Part shown: positions 29,314-40,800 of the stretch, in pieces
Numbering within the stretch: the stretch's first letter is position 1
Layout of the letters: every line of letters begins with the position of its first letter
Virus record (IMG/VR): IMGVR_UViG_3300042270_000151
Location: 62,001-126,000 of that record
Direction: 5' to 3' (one strand)
Length of the DNA: 64,000 nucleotides
DNA from: an uncultured virus (IMG/VR IMGVR_UViG_3300042270_000151)
Taxonomy: Duplodnaviria; Heunggongvirae; Uroviricota; Caudoviricetes
Translations under genes and position numbers: made by a program
The notes under the pieces: generated by a model
What the model saw: only the letters and a program-made list of their open reading frames with translations
What the model was told of the DNA's origin: nothing
Database searches by the model: none

Positions 29314-29720
29314 TGAGTGAAGGGTGCGGAATAGTAGGTGTAGTGCCTACAGCTAAGGCTTTGTCAGATTGGCTTGTACAATTCGACACAGCAGCCTCAG
29401 TGGTGGATACGTGCGACATCGTACGCCATGAGGTGGATTGTCAGCTTTACGGTTCTATGTTCCGTACCCATTGTAACGATCCCCTTACGGATGTAATGAT
29501 CGCACTCTCCATCCCGACAGACTACCGTACCTATATAGAGAAGCAACTCTATGATGCGGTAGATGCACTGTTGCAGTCCACAGTAGGTGCTCCTCAGTGG
29601 AATTACACCTATGTGGTGGAGTGGATCTCACAGGGAACCGGCGTCATTAAATGGTGGCCCGATCCCCCGGTCCGACACGCGATTGCACCTACCCATAACA
29701 GTGGTTGGGGACACGCATGA
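29310..29720 (+). CDS. Hypothetical protein
   Basis: Start overlaps the upstream stop. Confidence 0.6.
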   Translation: MMSEGCGIVGVVPTAKALSDWLVQFDTAASVVDTCDIVRHEVDCQLYGSMFRTHCNDPLTDVMIALSIPTDYRTYIEKQLYDAVDALLQSTVGAPQWNYTYVVEWISQGTGVIKWWPDPPVRHAIAPTHNSGWGHA

Positions 29721-30148
29721 ATATGACACGACTAATAATACATCGCCAGCCCATACCGCCACAAGTCTTGCAGGCGGGTACCGACTTCATGGCATTGGCC
29801 GAAGACCTGTATGCGCTCTTTTATTTGGCTGAGCAGGATCCGGATGCACGGATGGACGATGTGGTTACGTACGTACTAGACAGCGATTGGATGGGCCACA
29901 TGCCGACGCTAGAGTGCGGGTGTCATGACTGTGACGTTTGTACCCGTGCCTACCAATGGGAGTCGGTGGCCTACGAGATACTGGAGGCGGTTAAAAACAG
30001 CGTAGTACCGGTACCGATGTCGATCTACATCCATGAGGATAAAAGTGTTGCGCTACTGCCACCGGCTGCAGTGGCGATTAACATTGTGCCAAACCTTACT
30101 GTTGATAACCCGTATTGGGCAGGAGGGTCCAATGAGAGGCTACCATAG
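29705..30148 (+). CDS. Hypothetical protein with CGCHDCDVC cluster
   Basis: Operonic ORF; Cys cluster suggests metal binding. Confidence 0.6.
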   Translation: MGTRMNMTRLIIHRQPIPPQVLQAGTDFMALAEDLYALFYLAEQDPDARMDDVVTYVLDSDWMGHMPTLECGCHDCDVCTRAYQWESVAYEILEAVKNSVVPVPMSIYIHEDKSVALLPPAAVAINIVPNLTVDNPYWAGGSNERLP

Positions 30149-30512
30149 CCTGATACTCACGCATTACGGTATAGAGGAAAACACCATAGACCCCCACTAC
30201 CATCCGGTAGTGGGGGGTATATTGCCTATCCTTTATAACCACCTTTTATCAGTAGACGTTATTGATCGCTGGCGTCCAGACGGACTGCAATCGGCTGACA
30301 TACTCGCCACCCATCTTTTAGAGTCAGATCAGGGGAGGGTTATTCGGGACGCCCTTTTTATGCTAGAGTACGACGTTATACAGGAATGGCTAATGGAACT
30401 CATTGCAGGATTCGAATATCCGCAAGAGGCGCTAATCATGCCGTATCTGGGTAAGCCTGTTACCCGTGCGGCTATTATCGGCCCTAATAATGTCGTGGTA
30501 TCCTTTATTTAA
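30132..30512 (+). CDS. Hypothetical protein
   Basis: ATG 30132 after AGGAGG, in frame with ORF 30033-30512. Confidence 0.6.
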   Translation: MRGYHSLILTHYGIEENTIDPHYHPVVGGILPILYNHLLSVDVIDRWRPDGLQSADILATHLLESDQGRVIRDALFMLEYDVIQEWLMELIAGFEYPQEALIMPYLGKPVTRAAIIGPNNVVVSFI

Positions 30513-30526
30513 CGGAGGTCGTTGGT

Positions 30527-31018
30527 ATGGCTTCGATTGTCATTATCAGTATCCCACACCTGTATCATCTATTATACCCACTGCAGGCTGAGGTAGGGGC
30601 TAACCCCGCAACGATTAACCGCTGGTACTACTATCTGTTCAAACCCCTCCCCGGTGCAGTTGAACACTTAGCCGCAGCGATTAACCATGGGTGGAATGAA
30701 GACATTGTGGATGAGGTTATTGACATAATTTTATCCGACACCTATGTCGATGATATAATGTCATTTCTAGACACAGGCTGGCGCAGTGACTTGGAGGAGA
30801 TGATATACTACTGCCTCCATACGCTGTGCTCAGAGATTTACGAGCAACTCAAAGTGATACCACCGGACCATGCCCTCTACCTAGCCCCTATCGCAAGGGT
30901 AGAGTTGTTGGGTGGGAACAGTCTGTTAATAAGGACGGAAGATGGTTACAATTATAATAGACCGTCGGGTCGAGATAGTGCCCCTCATCATGACGTGGCT
31001 ATTAGAAGACTCACCTGA
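30527..31018 (+). CDS. Hypothetical protein
   Basis: GGAGG RBS; 163 aa. Confidence 0.6.
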   Translation: MASIVIISIPHLYHLLYPLQAEVGANPATINRWYYYLFKPLPGAVEHLAAAINHGWNEDIVDEVIDIILSDTYVDDIMSFLDTGWRSDLEEMIYYCLHTLCSEIYEQLKVIPPDHALYLAPIARVELLGGNSLLIRTEDGYNYNRPSGRDSAPHHDVAIRRLT

Positions 31019-31289
31019 CACCCCCATCACGCCCCTTATCATTGCACAGGGGCTAGAGCGGTTGACGGAGGTCGTCCTAGCCTTGGATGATGGAGATTTA
31101 GAACCTCTGGAGTCGCTCCCCCTAGCCCTTCAAGAACCCTTGGTTGAGATCATTGATCAGTGGTATAAAGCTGAGCTTGATCTATCTACTTTAAAGTTCA
31201 TCGATGCGCTCGGTACCTACGCCGCGCGAACACGGAGATTACAACATGTTAAACGCCGTCACGGTACACCAACTCACCCTGAACGATAA
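30942..31289 (+). CDS. Hypothetical protein
   Basis: 115-aa operonic ORF. Confidence 0.55.
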   Translation: MVTIIIDRRVEIVPLIMTWLLEDSPDTPITPLIIAQGLERLTEVVLALDDGDLEPLESLPLALQEPLVEIIDQWYKAELDLSTLKFIDALGTYAARTRRLQHVKRRHGTPTHPER

Positions 31290-31671
31290 CGTACAGATGT
31301 CGCTGTACAGCGCTATGTCTGGACGGGTTGAGATTGAAGGTAAAATACTGGCCCGTCTAAACAGTGACGGGGTGCCCGCGTCAGCCAATGCAGCTACGCA
31401 TCATGCCAACATCTATCGGCATTTGCCGGATAACGTTAAGGCCATCTACCCGGATGACTGGACAGCCTATAACTACCTTATGATTAAGGCAAACGACAGT
31501 GCTATTCTGTATGTCGGAGAGGCCTGGATTATTGAATCTGCCCTGTACGTCAATACGGTGTCCAAGGCCACTATCACCCTGACTGACTTTCGGGATCCCG
31601 ATACAACCGCGATCCGTGCTCTGCTGCTGTCGAATGGATACAAGATCGATAAAATTGAAGTCAGTGAATAA
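31204..31671 (+). CDS. Hypothetical protein (start probably ATG 31246)
   Basis: Last ORF before the UUCG-loop terminator at about 31764-31800. Confidence 0.6.
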   Translation: MRSVPTPREHGDYNMLNAVTVHQLTLNDNVQMSLYSAMSGRVEIEGKILARLNSDGVPASANAATHHANIYRHLPDNVKAIYPDDWTAYNYLMIKANDSAILYVGEAWIIESALYVNTVSKATITLTDFRDPDTTAIRALLLSNGYKIDKIEVSE

Positions 31672-31869
31672 TTACTCATCACCCCTATCTCATGTGGAAG
31701 ATGTACATGCTTTACCCCTTGGTTAAAGGTCCCACTACGGTGGGTTAGCCGTTAATATTAGGCACCCTCACTCCTTCGGGAGTGGGGTTATTTTTTTTTC
31801 TATTTAGATCGGTAGCCCCTATAAGGTAGTAGAATTGATTACTCGACCCTTACGTCTGGAGTATCCCTA

Positions 31870-34071
31870 ATGAAAGATCCATTTGTACGCGCACCGTCAG
31901 AGTACACGCGCGACATTAATATCCTGAACAACTACCATGAAAACATGGCGCAGTATATAAGCATTATGTCGGGTAAGCCTAAGGACGTTGCTTTAGAATG
32001 GCTAAAGGCCAATAGTCAGTTTCAAGAGCCGGTTCTCAAGACCCTGGCCCGCAGAGACGGCTCGCCCGATCGACGTAAAGAGAAACAGCCGTTAACGAAT
32101 TACCTGAATGAGATCGAGCATACCGGTCGCATCCTGGGCCCTAACCTCATCATGTATTCGAATCCCGATAAGAAGTTGGGGTTCTTGCCTGACTTTATCG
32201 ATCAGGGCTTGCAGCGGCGATCTAAGGTGAAGAAAGAAGGGCAGAAGGCTAAGATGGAAGGTAATATGGAGTTGGCTACCTTCTGTAATAACCAACAATC
32301 TACCATCAAGATCCTGAACAACTCTATTTCGGGTGCCCACTCCAGTCCACATAACCCGATTTATAATGCCTCTGCCCATACGACACTGACCTCCATCTGC
32401 CGCTGTGCGACTAGTTACTCCAATGCGGTGGCTGAACGACTGCTTATGGGAAACCGACATTATTATAATAGTGAGGTCACCTTATCGGAAATGGCAGCCT
32501 CGATTCGACTCGCCGACGAGAGTTTGGTTAAAGAGGCACTCGCAACCTATAAGCTTACAGCCCCTACCCCCGACTACCTTAAGGACCATATCTTTAGAAG
32601 CTGTCGTCGATACTGGCGCTCCCCTAAGGGTGTGGAGCAGGTCAGTGCTTTTATTGATAAGATGGAAGATTGGCAACGGGCGGTCGTAGCCTTTACCTAT
32701 GACCTTAGAGCGATGCGGGATGTGAATGAAGGGTTCATGCGTGCCTTTATCGGTCAGTTGGTGGAGAAGCCTCTAGAGGGTGTAGAGGACCCTGATGTCT
32801 ATGTACAGGGTGCACATCCTGATTTGGTTGCCATGATCGGGTTGGTGATGTCCGAAGAGCTCAGTGGTAAGACTGTTCGCGATATGGCCAAGGATAATCC
32901 TGAGGGATATAAGCTCTATGGTGCGGCCATTAAACAAACACAGGAGGCATTATCTAACTACCAGCTCTACATCGATGCGTTCCTTAAGTCAGACCACATG
33001 CCACACGGTGTACACAGTGTCCCCACCATCTTAAGGGACTGTGCGGTGGTTTCGGATACTGACTCCACGATCTTTACCACCGAAGACTGGGTGGTCTGGT
33101 ATATCGGGCAAAATGACTTTACCCGTCGAGGCATGTCGGTAGCGGGTGCGATGGCGTACATTGACTCTCAGGTCCTTAAGCATGTACTGGCACAATTATC
33201 CAGACACTTAGGGGTCAAAGACGATAAGCTCTTTAGACTGGCAATGAAGTCTGAGTTCTATCAGCCGGTATTGGGCGTTACGAATATGGCGAAACATTAC
33301 TTTTCGTACATTCGTGCCTGTGAGGGCAACGTATACCCAGAACCTGAGTTTGACTCTAAGGGCGTAAACCTTAAGAACTCTCGTCTTCCGAGTATCATTA
33401 CCGAGACACTGGGTAACTACATCAAATGGATTATGGATTCCATTATGGCGAATAACCGCCCTACGATGTATGAGGCCCTTCGGGTACCCGTTACCCTCGC
33501 CCATGAGGTTAACCGCTCTATCCTGGCCGGTGAGTCCACGTATCTAGCCTCTATGCAGATAAAGGCCGCCAAGGCGTATAAGAATGCATCGAAATCGAAC
33601 CACGTTCACTATGACCTTTGGAATAAGGTCTTTGCCTGCCGTTATGGGATGGCTGACCCCCCTCCTTACGCAGCAGTGAAGGTCCCGGTGGACTTAGGTT
33701 CACCCGTTAAACTTAAAGAGTGGATGGAGACATTGGAACCTGAGATGCAGGAGGGGTTACGCGAATGGCTAGCGGCTTCGTATAGTTGTCAGTGTGAGGA
33801 GACGAGTGAGAAGGATGCCGTCTGCCCGACCTGCGGTACCAAGGCAACAGGCCGTAGCAGCTTCAGTAACTTCTTGATCCCTCGCTCACGTTTACAAAAG
33901 GGCAAGGTACCTGAGGAGATACTGAAGGTAATTAACGTCGAGCACATTGAGTCGGAGATGATGGCCGGGTTCCTGATCATTCTTGAAACCATGGGTATCT
34001 ACCTTAGAAACAAAAAGAAAACGCGTCTACTCTCGAAAGAGGTCGACGTGAATATCTATAAAACAGCATAA
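31870..34071 (+). CDS. phiKZ-type family B-like DNA polymerase, polymerase subunit (gp50-like)
   Basis: QQSTIKILNNSISG, SDTDS, KHYF and SKGVNL motifs; no N-terminal exonuclease domain recognised. Confidence 0.82.
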   Translation: MKDPFVRAPSEYTRDINILNNYHENMAQYISIMSGKPKDVALEWLKANSQFQEPVLKTLARRDGSPDRRKEKQPLTNYLNEIEHTGRILGPNLIMYSNPDKKLGFLPDFIDQGLQRRSKVKKEGQKAKMEGNMELATFCNNQQSTIKILNNSISGAHSSPHNPIYNASAHTTLTSICRCATSYSNAVAERLLMGNRHYYNSEVTLSEMAASIRLADESLVKEALATYKLTAPTPDYLKDHIFRSCRRYWRSPKGVEQVSAFIDKMEDWQRAVVAFTYDLRAMRDVNEGFMRAFIGQLVEKPLEGVEDPDVYVQGAHPDLVAMIGLVMSEELSGKTVRDMAKDNPEGYKLYGAAIKQTQEALSNYQLYIDAFLKSDHMPHGVHSVPTILRDCAVVSDTDSTIFTTEDWVVWYIGQNDFTRRGMSVAGAMAYIDSQVLKHVLAQLSRHLGVKDDKLFRLAMKSEFYQPVLGVTNMAKHYFSYIRACEGNVYPEPEFDSKGVNLKNSRLPSIITETLGNYIKWIMDSIMANNRPTMYEALRVPVTLAHEVNRSILAGESTYLASMQIKAAKAYKNASKSNHVHYDLWNKVFACRYGMADPPPYAAVKVPVDLGSPVKLKEWMETLEPEMQEGLREWLAASYSCQCEETSEKDAVCPTCGTKATGRSSFSNFLIPRSRLQKGKVPEEILKVINVEHIESEMMAGFLIILETMGIYLRNKKKTRLLSKEVDVNIYKTA

Positions 34072-34105
34072 AGGACAGGACTGGCTAAGGCCAGTCCTGT
34101 CTTTC

Positions 34106-35179
34106 TTATGTCAGTAGGTTCACAATGTCACTGTGCCAGCTTTCCACCTTATCCACATATCCCTTACCCAACTGCTGATGGGTGAAGCGGGCCCTTACTT
34201 GACGGGACATGGCGCGTACCCGTTGCCCGTATTCCCGTGCATCCGAGGGGGATAGTTCCAACATGGTTGCAGTACGCACCCATGCAACTGCTGCCAAATA
34301 ACGGCAGGTATAGAGCGGGAATACCTCAGGGGCGGCGATATGGGGAAAGTTATCCAGTAACGACTGTCCTTCTTGGATAGCGCCAATAAGGTAATAAAGG
34401 TACCCTAACGGATAGTTACGGCTATCACTGTCGACAATAATGTCGTGTAGAATCGATTGCAGTTCACCCGTGTGATCCGTCATACCGATATTCGATCGAG
34501 TGTCCAATTTAGGTACACTGTCGTCCATATAGCGGGATAACATATTCAACCGTACACTGTTTGCTTGACTGACCAGCATACCCGGTAACACGTAACTACC
34601 TACGAACTGCTCAATGGATTGCTTCTGTCCAGCCGGTAGGGCTTCATTGTACTGCATCCAGGCCTGATACATCAGTGCCAGTGCAGGGATATCGACGCCG
34701 ATCACCGCCCAATGATTACTGCCCTTCCCTCCCTTAGGGATATAATGGACGGGTAGAATGTAGGGCTGATATAGCACTGTAACGGGTGTCGTGTTGAGCA
34801 GGATCTCATCCGCCCCATTAAAGGTCATACGAATGTGGCTAGGGCGATGGGTCACCCAGTACTCATCGCAGTCTGGATAGCATACCGACTCTAGTGGTTT
34901 ACGGTGTTGGATACTGTTACTGAATCCCACCGCCTGCGCGAGTTCAACTTCATTCTCAACCGCCCACTCATAGACCGCCATAGGTTCCTGATGCGGTGAG
35001 AATAGAAAGGAGTACACGAGTCGAACGAGGGGGTGATTACCGTCTGCGGCCTCTAGACGGCTGCGGTAGTGGTCCTGCACCCGGGTAATCTGAGTACGCA
35101 TTAAACCAGAGACGCGGTTTAATTTAGACTGACTGATTTGCCCCCGGTTAGTATGCGAGGGTTTAAGTATAGCGTGCAT
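34106..35179 (-). CDS. Hypothetical phiKZ-like protein
   Basis: 357 aa, opposite strand, between the polymerase and the chimallin-like gene. Confidence 0.6.
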   Translation of the reverse strand: MHAILKPSHTNRGQISQSKLNRVSGLMRTQITRVQDHYRSRLEAADGNHPLVRLVYSFLFSPHQEPMAVYEWAVENEVELAQAVGFSNSIQHRKPLESVCYPDCDEYWVTHRPSHIRMTFNGADEILLNTTPVTVLYQPYILPVHYIPKGGKGSNHWAVIGVDIPALALMYQAWMQYNEALPAGQKQSIEQFVGSYVLPGMLVSQANSVRLNMLSRYMDDSVPKLDTRSNIGMTDHTGELQSILHDIIVDSDSRNYPLGYLYYLIGAIQEGQSLLDNFPHIAAPEVFPLYTCRYLAAVAWVRTATMLELSPSDAREYGQRVRAMSRQVRARFTHQQLGKGYVDKVESWHSDIVNLLT

Positions 35180-35443
35180 AATGGCTCCATGAATACGGGG
35201 GTGTCTATAGGATTCCAGTCGATAATCATTATTAGAATGTGTGAATTGTAAAAAATAATCACAGTGACACTATTATATACAAAGAACTCGCCAGTGCCGC
35301 AAGGCATTGGTGTACGACCAGAAATACGCGGTGCGCGAGTTCTCGATGTATTAATTTTCACCTTCTAACCCGATTGGATAGGAGCAGACTGACGTCTACT
35401 TCGCCTAATCGGTGTAAAACTGGCAATTCAAGCGAATTCAAGA

Positions 35444-35453
35444 CCTATATTAC
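35444..35453 (+). promoter_or_regulatory. Early promoter motif CCTATATTAC
   Basis: Exact motif upstream of the chimallin-like gene. Confidence 0.8.
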
Positions 35454-35530
35454 AATAGTGGTCTAGCATCTGTTAGGCTATTCGAATAGTTTAACCGCAA
35501 TCCCTACACTTTCATGAAAAGGAAGAAATC

Positions 35531-37486
35531 ATGCGTGTGAATGACAACAACCCGAACAAAACTGCTGACCAGACTGCACAGCCGCAGGCTGCACAGCAGA
35601 CTCAGCAGCCACAACCACAGCAGGGGTATACCAATAATACTCGTTACAACGAGTATGACGGCGCGGACCCGTTCGAGGGTCTGGGTGTAGCCACCCTGAG
35701 TGGTGGCATGGATACTGAAGGCTTCGCCGCCTTCAGTGAAGAAATGAAACGTCTGGCAGCGCTGCCAGAGATTTCTAACATGTTGAAGTTGGAGGTGGTT
35801 TCCGTTTCCAGCCAGCAACTCTACTTGCCGGTGCTGGCACTGTGTGCAGTATCCAGCGCCACCAAGCAGGTTGTCGTATATGACCTCTTGATTGAGGGCA
35901 TGATGTCCTCTAAGCTGGAACCGATCGTGGAAACCATCCGCGATTATTCTGGTCAGAAGGACGTGATCACTGATCGCCCCACAACCCGCTGTTTCGATGA
36001 GAAGCTGCGTGAAGTGGTATCCACCTTCGTGGCTAACCAGTACAAAGTGAATCCGGCCGAAGTGGTTCATATCGGTCACTGTGTGGTGCCCAAGGCAGCG
36101 GATCTCTCCTCAGCAGAGGTGACTCGAGTGTACTTTGACTCTGCACATCTGGCCATCATTGATGCCGCAGGTGGTCAGGGTGTGGGACGTGTTAACGCGA
36201 AGCACCTGCGCAACCCACAGGTTGCAGTGCGTCAGCGCACTACAGTCACTCCGGGCGAATGTCGCCTGAACCGGATTGGTCAACCAATTGCAGCCGACTT
36301 CAATACCTCCATCAAACTCACCCGCGTTAATCAGAAGCAGGGTGACATGTACCAGGTTCATACTGGTACTCAGGAGCATAACCTGGCTGAAGTGTCTGGT
36401 TATGTGGATTTCAACATTATTACCCAGCAGCAGACTAGCCCGTACGCTCAGCTGCAGCAGCCTCAGGTACCCAAGCCTGGTTACATGCCGGTCGTGGTAC
36501 TGACTGAAGTCGCCGGTCTGGCGAACTCTGGTCGCTCCATTGAGGATCTGCGTACCCAGCTGATGGGTCTGGTTGCAACTCTGGCCATGACCGCTAATCA
36601 CGGTTGGGTCCGTGTCTTCGAAACCTACCCGGGTCAGAAGGTACAGAAGCAGTCCATTGGCATGTTGGGTCTGGAATACGATCCCTACGGCCGTGGTCCG
36701 GAAGCGTTGGGTAAGGTGCCGGTTGAATCGGTATCCCTTAACAAGGCGCCGGAAGAAGGCAAGGAAACTCCGTTCAGCATGGCCACTAAGTGGTGTACGC
36801 AGAACGTAGCGGTTGCACTGGATGTGGAGCAGGGTGGTCGTCTGGAGTGGGTGCAGTCCGTATTCATTGCGGCAGCACAGAACCCGCGCTCTGGCGCCAA
36901 TGATGACATCATCGCTGAATGTGATGCGTTGACCGGTGGTGCCTTCTCTCAGGTCTGGGCACAGGCTAACAACGGCAACGCTAAGGCGGCAGTGATGCAC
37001 CACGACACTGTGACCGTTCACCTCGGTACCTACACCGATAAGGATGGTCGCGCTCGTGACCTGCGTACCATCGACTATCTGACCATGCTGTCTGCGTCTC
37101 CGAAGGACCTGCAGTTCGTAGCTCAGGCTACCGCTGCAATGACTCCGGGCATTGCTAACAACATTAACCTGTCAGACCGTCGTCGCTGCCTGATGTCCGT
37201 TGCCGGTGACTGCAACATCACTGGCATGGCCACTCGCGTGTACTTCTCACCGAACTTCATTCCCTGTCTGGTACAGGCACTGATCAACAATGACGTCCGT
37301 ATCATCTCCGATGACATGGTCGCCTACGATCAGGGCATGCAGCGTCAGGGTATTGACCCGAACTTCGGTGGCACCTACAACGCGGCTGGTTTCTACCAGT
37401 CTCCGTACGGCCAGACCGGCCCGATGGGTGAGCAGATGCGCGGTAGCTACATTAACCCCGTATTCAACAAGCCCTACGGTCAGTAA
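35531..37486 (+). CDS. chmA: Chimallin / phage nuclear shell protein (phiKZ gp54-like)
   Basis: 651 aa with low-complexity termini and strong codon bias, its own early promoter and terminator, just upstream of the nvRNAP beta-prime gene as in phiKZ-like phages; mainly a size and synteny call. Confidence 0.75.
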   Translation: MRVNDNNPNKTADQTAQPQAAQQTQQPQPQQGYTNNTRYNEYDGADPFEGLGVATLSGGMDTEGFAAFSEEMKRLAALPEISNMLKLEVVSVSSQQLYLPVLALCAVSSATKQVVVYDLLIEGMMSSKLEPIVETIRDYSGQKDVITDRPTTRCFDEKLREVVSTFVANQYKVNPAEVVHIGHCVVPKAADLSSAEVTRVYFDSAHLAIIDAAGGQGVGRVNAKHLRNPQVAVRQRTTVTPGECRLNRIGQPIAADFNTSIKLTRVNQKQGDMYQVHTGTQEHNLAEVSGYVDFNIITQQQTSPYAQLQQPQVPKPGYMPVVVLTEVAGLANSGRSIEDLRTQLMGLVATLAMTANHGWVRVFETYPGQKVQKQSIGMLGLEYDPYGRGPEALGKVPVESVSLNKAPEEGKETPFSMATKWCTQNVAVALDVEQGGRLEWVQSVFIAAAQNPRSGANDDIIAECDALTGGAFSQVWAQANNGNAKAAVMHHDTVTVHLGTYTDKDGRARDLRTIDYLTMLSASPKDLQFVAQATAAMTPGIANNINLSDRRRCLMSVAGDCNITGMATRVYFSPNFIPCLVQALINNDVRIISDDMVAYDQGMQRQGIDPNFGGTYNAAGFYQSPYGQTGPMGEQMRGSYINPVFNKPYGQ

Positions 37487-37502
37487 GCACGTCCAGGATT
37501 AA

Positions 37503-37533
37503 GGAGGCCCTTCGGGGTCTCCTTATTTTTTTA
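37503..37533 (+). terminator. Intrinsic terminator
   Basis: GGAGGCCC-TTCG-GGGTCTCC followed by a T tract. Confidence 0.8.
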
Positions 37534-37593
37534 TGTCTTTTAGTGTAGAAATAAACTTTAACCCCCTATGTCTATTTCGTATAGGAGAAGACC

Positions 37594-37800
37594 ATGGATA
37601 AAAAGAATACCTACTACTATCTCAGGTGGGGACATAAAACCACCCTCGCTACCATCGTTTTGCCCTTTCGCAGTCAGGAGTCCTACACTAACCGATATAC
37701 CAATACCTACCCACGCCCTATAGGGGATCCCACACTCTTCGTCAGAGACGCCGATCTCCACACGTTCATCCGCTACGTAGACCCTACCTTTAACCTTTAA
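37594..37800 (+). CDS. Small hypothetical protein
   Basis: AGGAG RBS; 68 aa. Confidence 0.5.
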   Translation: MDKKNTYYYLRWGHKTTLATIVLPFRSQESYTNRYTNTYPRPIGDPTLFVRDADLHTFIRYVDPTFNL

Positions 37801-37810
37801 GGAGTCACCC

Positions 37811-40800
37811 ATGCATGAGAATGAAATGATTGCGTTCTCGATCCATGACCATGACCGTGCCTTCCACTCTCTACCCTTCACTCCGATCATCCTGAATGAT
37901 GTTCCGGCCCGAACGAAGGAAGAGCGGGATGCATTGAACGCTATGATCATGACGACCTATGATCACACCGATACACTGGACTCTATCCCCTCCTGCAGCT
38001 GCGGACACCTCTCCTATGGCTATAACCTAGGGCAGCTCTGTCCTAAGTGCAATACCCGTGTAGAAGCCGCCGGTGATCAAGAGATCGTCTCGAACGTCTG
38101 GTTCCGTGCACCACAAGGCGTCCACAGCCTGGTAAACCCCATGCTCTGGATGATTCTCTCTCCCCTCATGACCGGATCCCGGTTTAACGTACTTCAATGG
38201 TTTTGTGCCCCACTCATGGAGGATCCCCCTGAGTCAAATAAGAAAGCCTCGATGATTATGCACCGGTTAATGAAAACGGGGATACCCAGAGGCCTGAATA
38301 ATTTCATTGCACATTTCGATGACATAGCCGAAGCCATTCTAACGCTAATGCCCCGACATGAGCGCGAGTCGATGCAGGCGTTCTTCACCGTCTACCGGGA
38401 CCGCTTCTTCCCACAACACCTCCCCATGCCAAATAAGATTGCATTTGTCATGGAGAACACGGCTACAGGTACCTATGCCGATACGGCTATTCGTGAAGCG
38501 TTAGACGCGGCCCGTACTATTACTTCTATCGATGAGGAGACCTATGCCAACGTACGCCGCTTAGAAGGCAAGATTACCTCCATCATTAACTCATTGGCTA
38601 GCTACTACAGTGACATGTTTGGTGATCCTTTCTCCAAAAAGGAAGGTCTCCTCCGTAACACCGTCTTTGGTGGCCGCACACCGTTTGCATTCCGGTCAGT
38701 AATTGTGTCGGAGTCAGGGGTACACGACTATGAGCAAATAAAGATCCCGTACTCTCAAGCGGTTACGATGTTTAAAGTCCACTTGTTGAATAAACTCTAT
38801 AAGAAGGGCTATACCCATCGAGATGCCTGGGAGTATATCGACCGACACACCATCACACGTGATGCCTTGCTAGAAGAGCTACTCTATGAGATCTTCCAAG
38901 AGGCCCCGGGTGGCAAAGGCGTACGCTGTCTGTTCGTGAGGTATCCGACCCTTGCTAGGGGAAGTATCCAAGCCCTCCATATAAACGATATTTCTGATAA
39001 TGTTAGCAGTCTATCAGTGCTATGTACCCGTGCACCAAACGCAGATTTTTTAGTTTAACAAGTTAATTAATACGTTGTGCCGTTATCTTATATCGACGGT
39101 CAGTGACATGAAATGAGGTGTAAGATAATGGAAAACCTATCCAATGAAGTATCTAGAGGGTTTAGAACTCCCGAGGAGTCTAAAGAATTCCCTGGATACT
39201 ACGTTGTACCTAACCATCCTGATGTGCTAGTTAACGGCGTCGGGGAGGCGATATCTGCCATTAACGGGGAACCGTTGGGTAGAAAGTGTAATTCCAATGG
39301 TAAGAGGGGATACTCCACTGTTCAGACGTTTGATGAAAAAGCCGGTCGGAAGAAGAGCGTTGCGGTCCATAGACTTGTGGCTTTGACCTTCCTAAAAAGG
39401 GAGTGTTCCACGCATGTAGTTGTAAATCACAAGGATGGCGATAAATTTAACAACAGTCCATTTAACCTAGAATGGTGTACCTGGGGATACAACTCCCACC
39501 ATGCGTATCAAAATGGCTTAAGGGATGACAATAGGGCTATCATACGGCACGATCTCGTGGACGGCAGTACCCGTGAATGGGTAACCTTAAACGCCGCCGC
39601 TAGGGACAACGGCGTTGGGCAAGAGAACATCCACAGGTGGGTAAATGGCGAACCTAAAATTAGGTTTGGACGCTACGTTTTCAGATACCTTTCAGAGAAA
39701 CTCACAAAGACGGAGTTGGCTAGGGTCGATAGGGTCGAAAGTACCTCGCATCTTGGCATCGAGGTCGTTGCCATAAACGCATGTAGTGGTTCGATTACCA
39801 TATACCCAAGCGTCGCAAGCGCTGCGAGGGCACATAACGTGTTGCCGGCCACTGTGAGGGACATTTGCCGTTATGGTAGAAAGCACGCCATTAACGGACA
39901 TGCCTTTAGCTTCATTGGCAACAAAGACGCCCTACCTACGGTGAGCGAGATAGCCGACGCCACGGTCAAATGCTCAAATGACGTTGTGGCGTTAGACCTC
40001 TCCAACGGCACAGAGATCGTCCGACCAAACTGCATAGCGCTGGGCGCGGCAATTGGTGTGCAACCTGGAACTCTTTCAGCCTCCCTAAGACGGGATAACT
40101 TCTACCCAATTAACGGGTACCTAGTTAAAAAGCTTCTAGACGATAGGGAGTGGCCCTCCTTGGAGGAGCTATCCACATACACTAGGGGTAGAGCTCGGCC
40201 GGTAGTTGCACTTTCTGTTAAGACACAGCGGCGACATGATTTCGATAGCGTCAATGAGGCCGCAGAGCGTCTTAAGATATCTAAATATCAGATAGCTACA
40301 AATGCCAGGAAACGAAGGGATTGTGACCTTAAAGGGTATGTATTCAGATACACGGACGAGTTGGAGAAGTATCCCTTCCCGGAAATAGACCTAGAGTACA
40401 TTACAAAGGCTAGGACCGGTAAACCTTTAACCCTTAAGGTTAAGGACTACGTAACTGGGCAAGAGTTCTGCAACCTGGATACGAGTCAGGCCTCAACCAT
40501 ATGTGGGGCCAAGAGGCCCAGCATAACGGCAGCAAGAATTAACAGCAGGCTGGTAAGGTCAAGGTGGTTAGTTAGGGTACAGAACGATTATAGGCCCTGG
40601 CCGACTATCGAAGAGTTAATCAAGTACCGGGACGCATACAGCATTACATATGCGTACTCGGTGACTGCCGATGACAGTGGTAATCGTACACTGTATCTAC
40701 GGTTAGAGGATGTAGCCGCTGCGGTCAACATGGAGCTAAAGCGATTGCGCGACGCACTGTCCCAGCACGACGGCGTATATAGGGTAAATGGACTCACCGT

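Noticed and set aside
35504..37317. Long antisense ORFs over the chimallin-like gene (e.g. 36110-37021) and similar shadows elsewhere
   Set aside because: Expected shadow frames of codon-biased genes; no recognisable protein features.
37811..39058. Truncated RNAP subunit ending NADFLV
   Set aside because: The missing FDGD and C-terminus are present downstream as exons 2 and 3.
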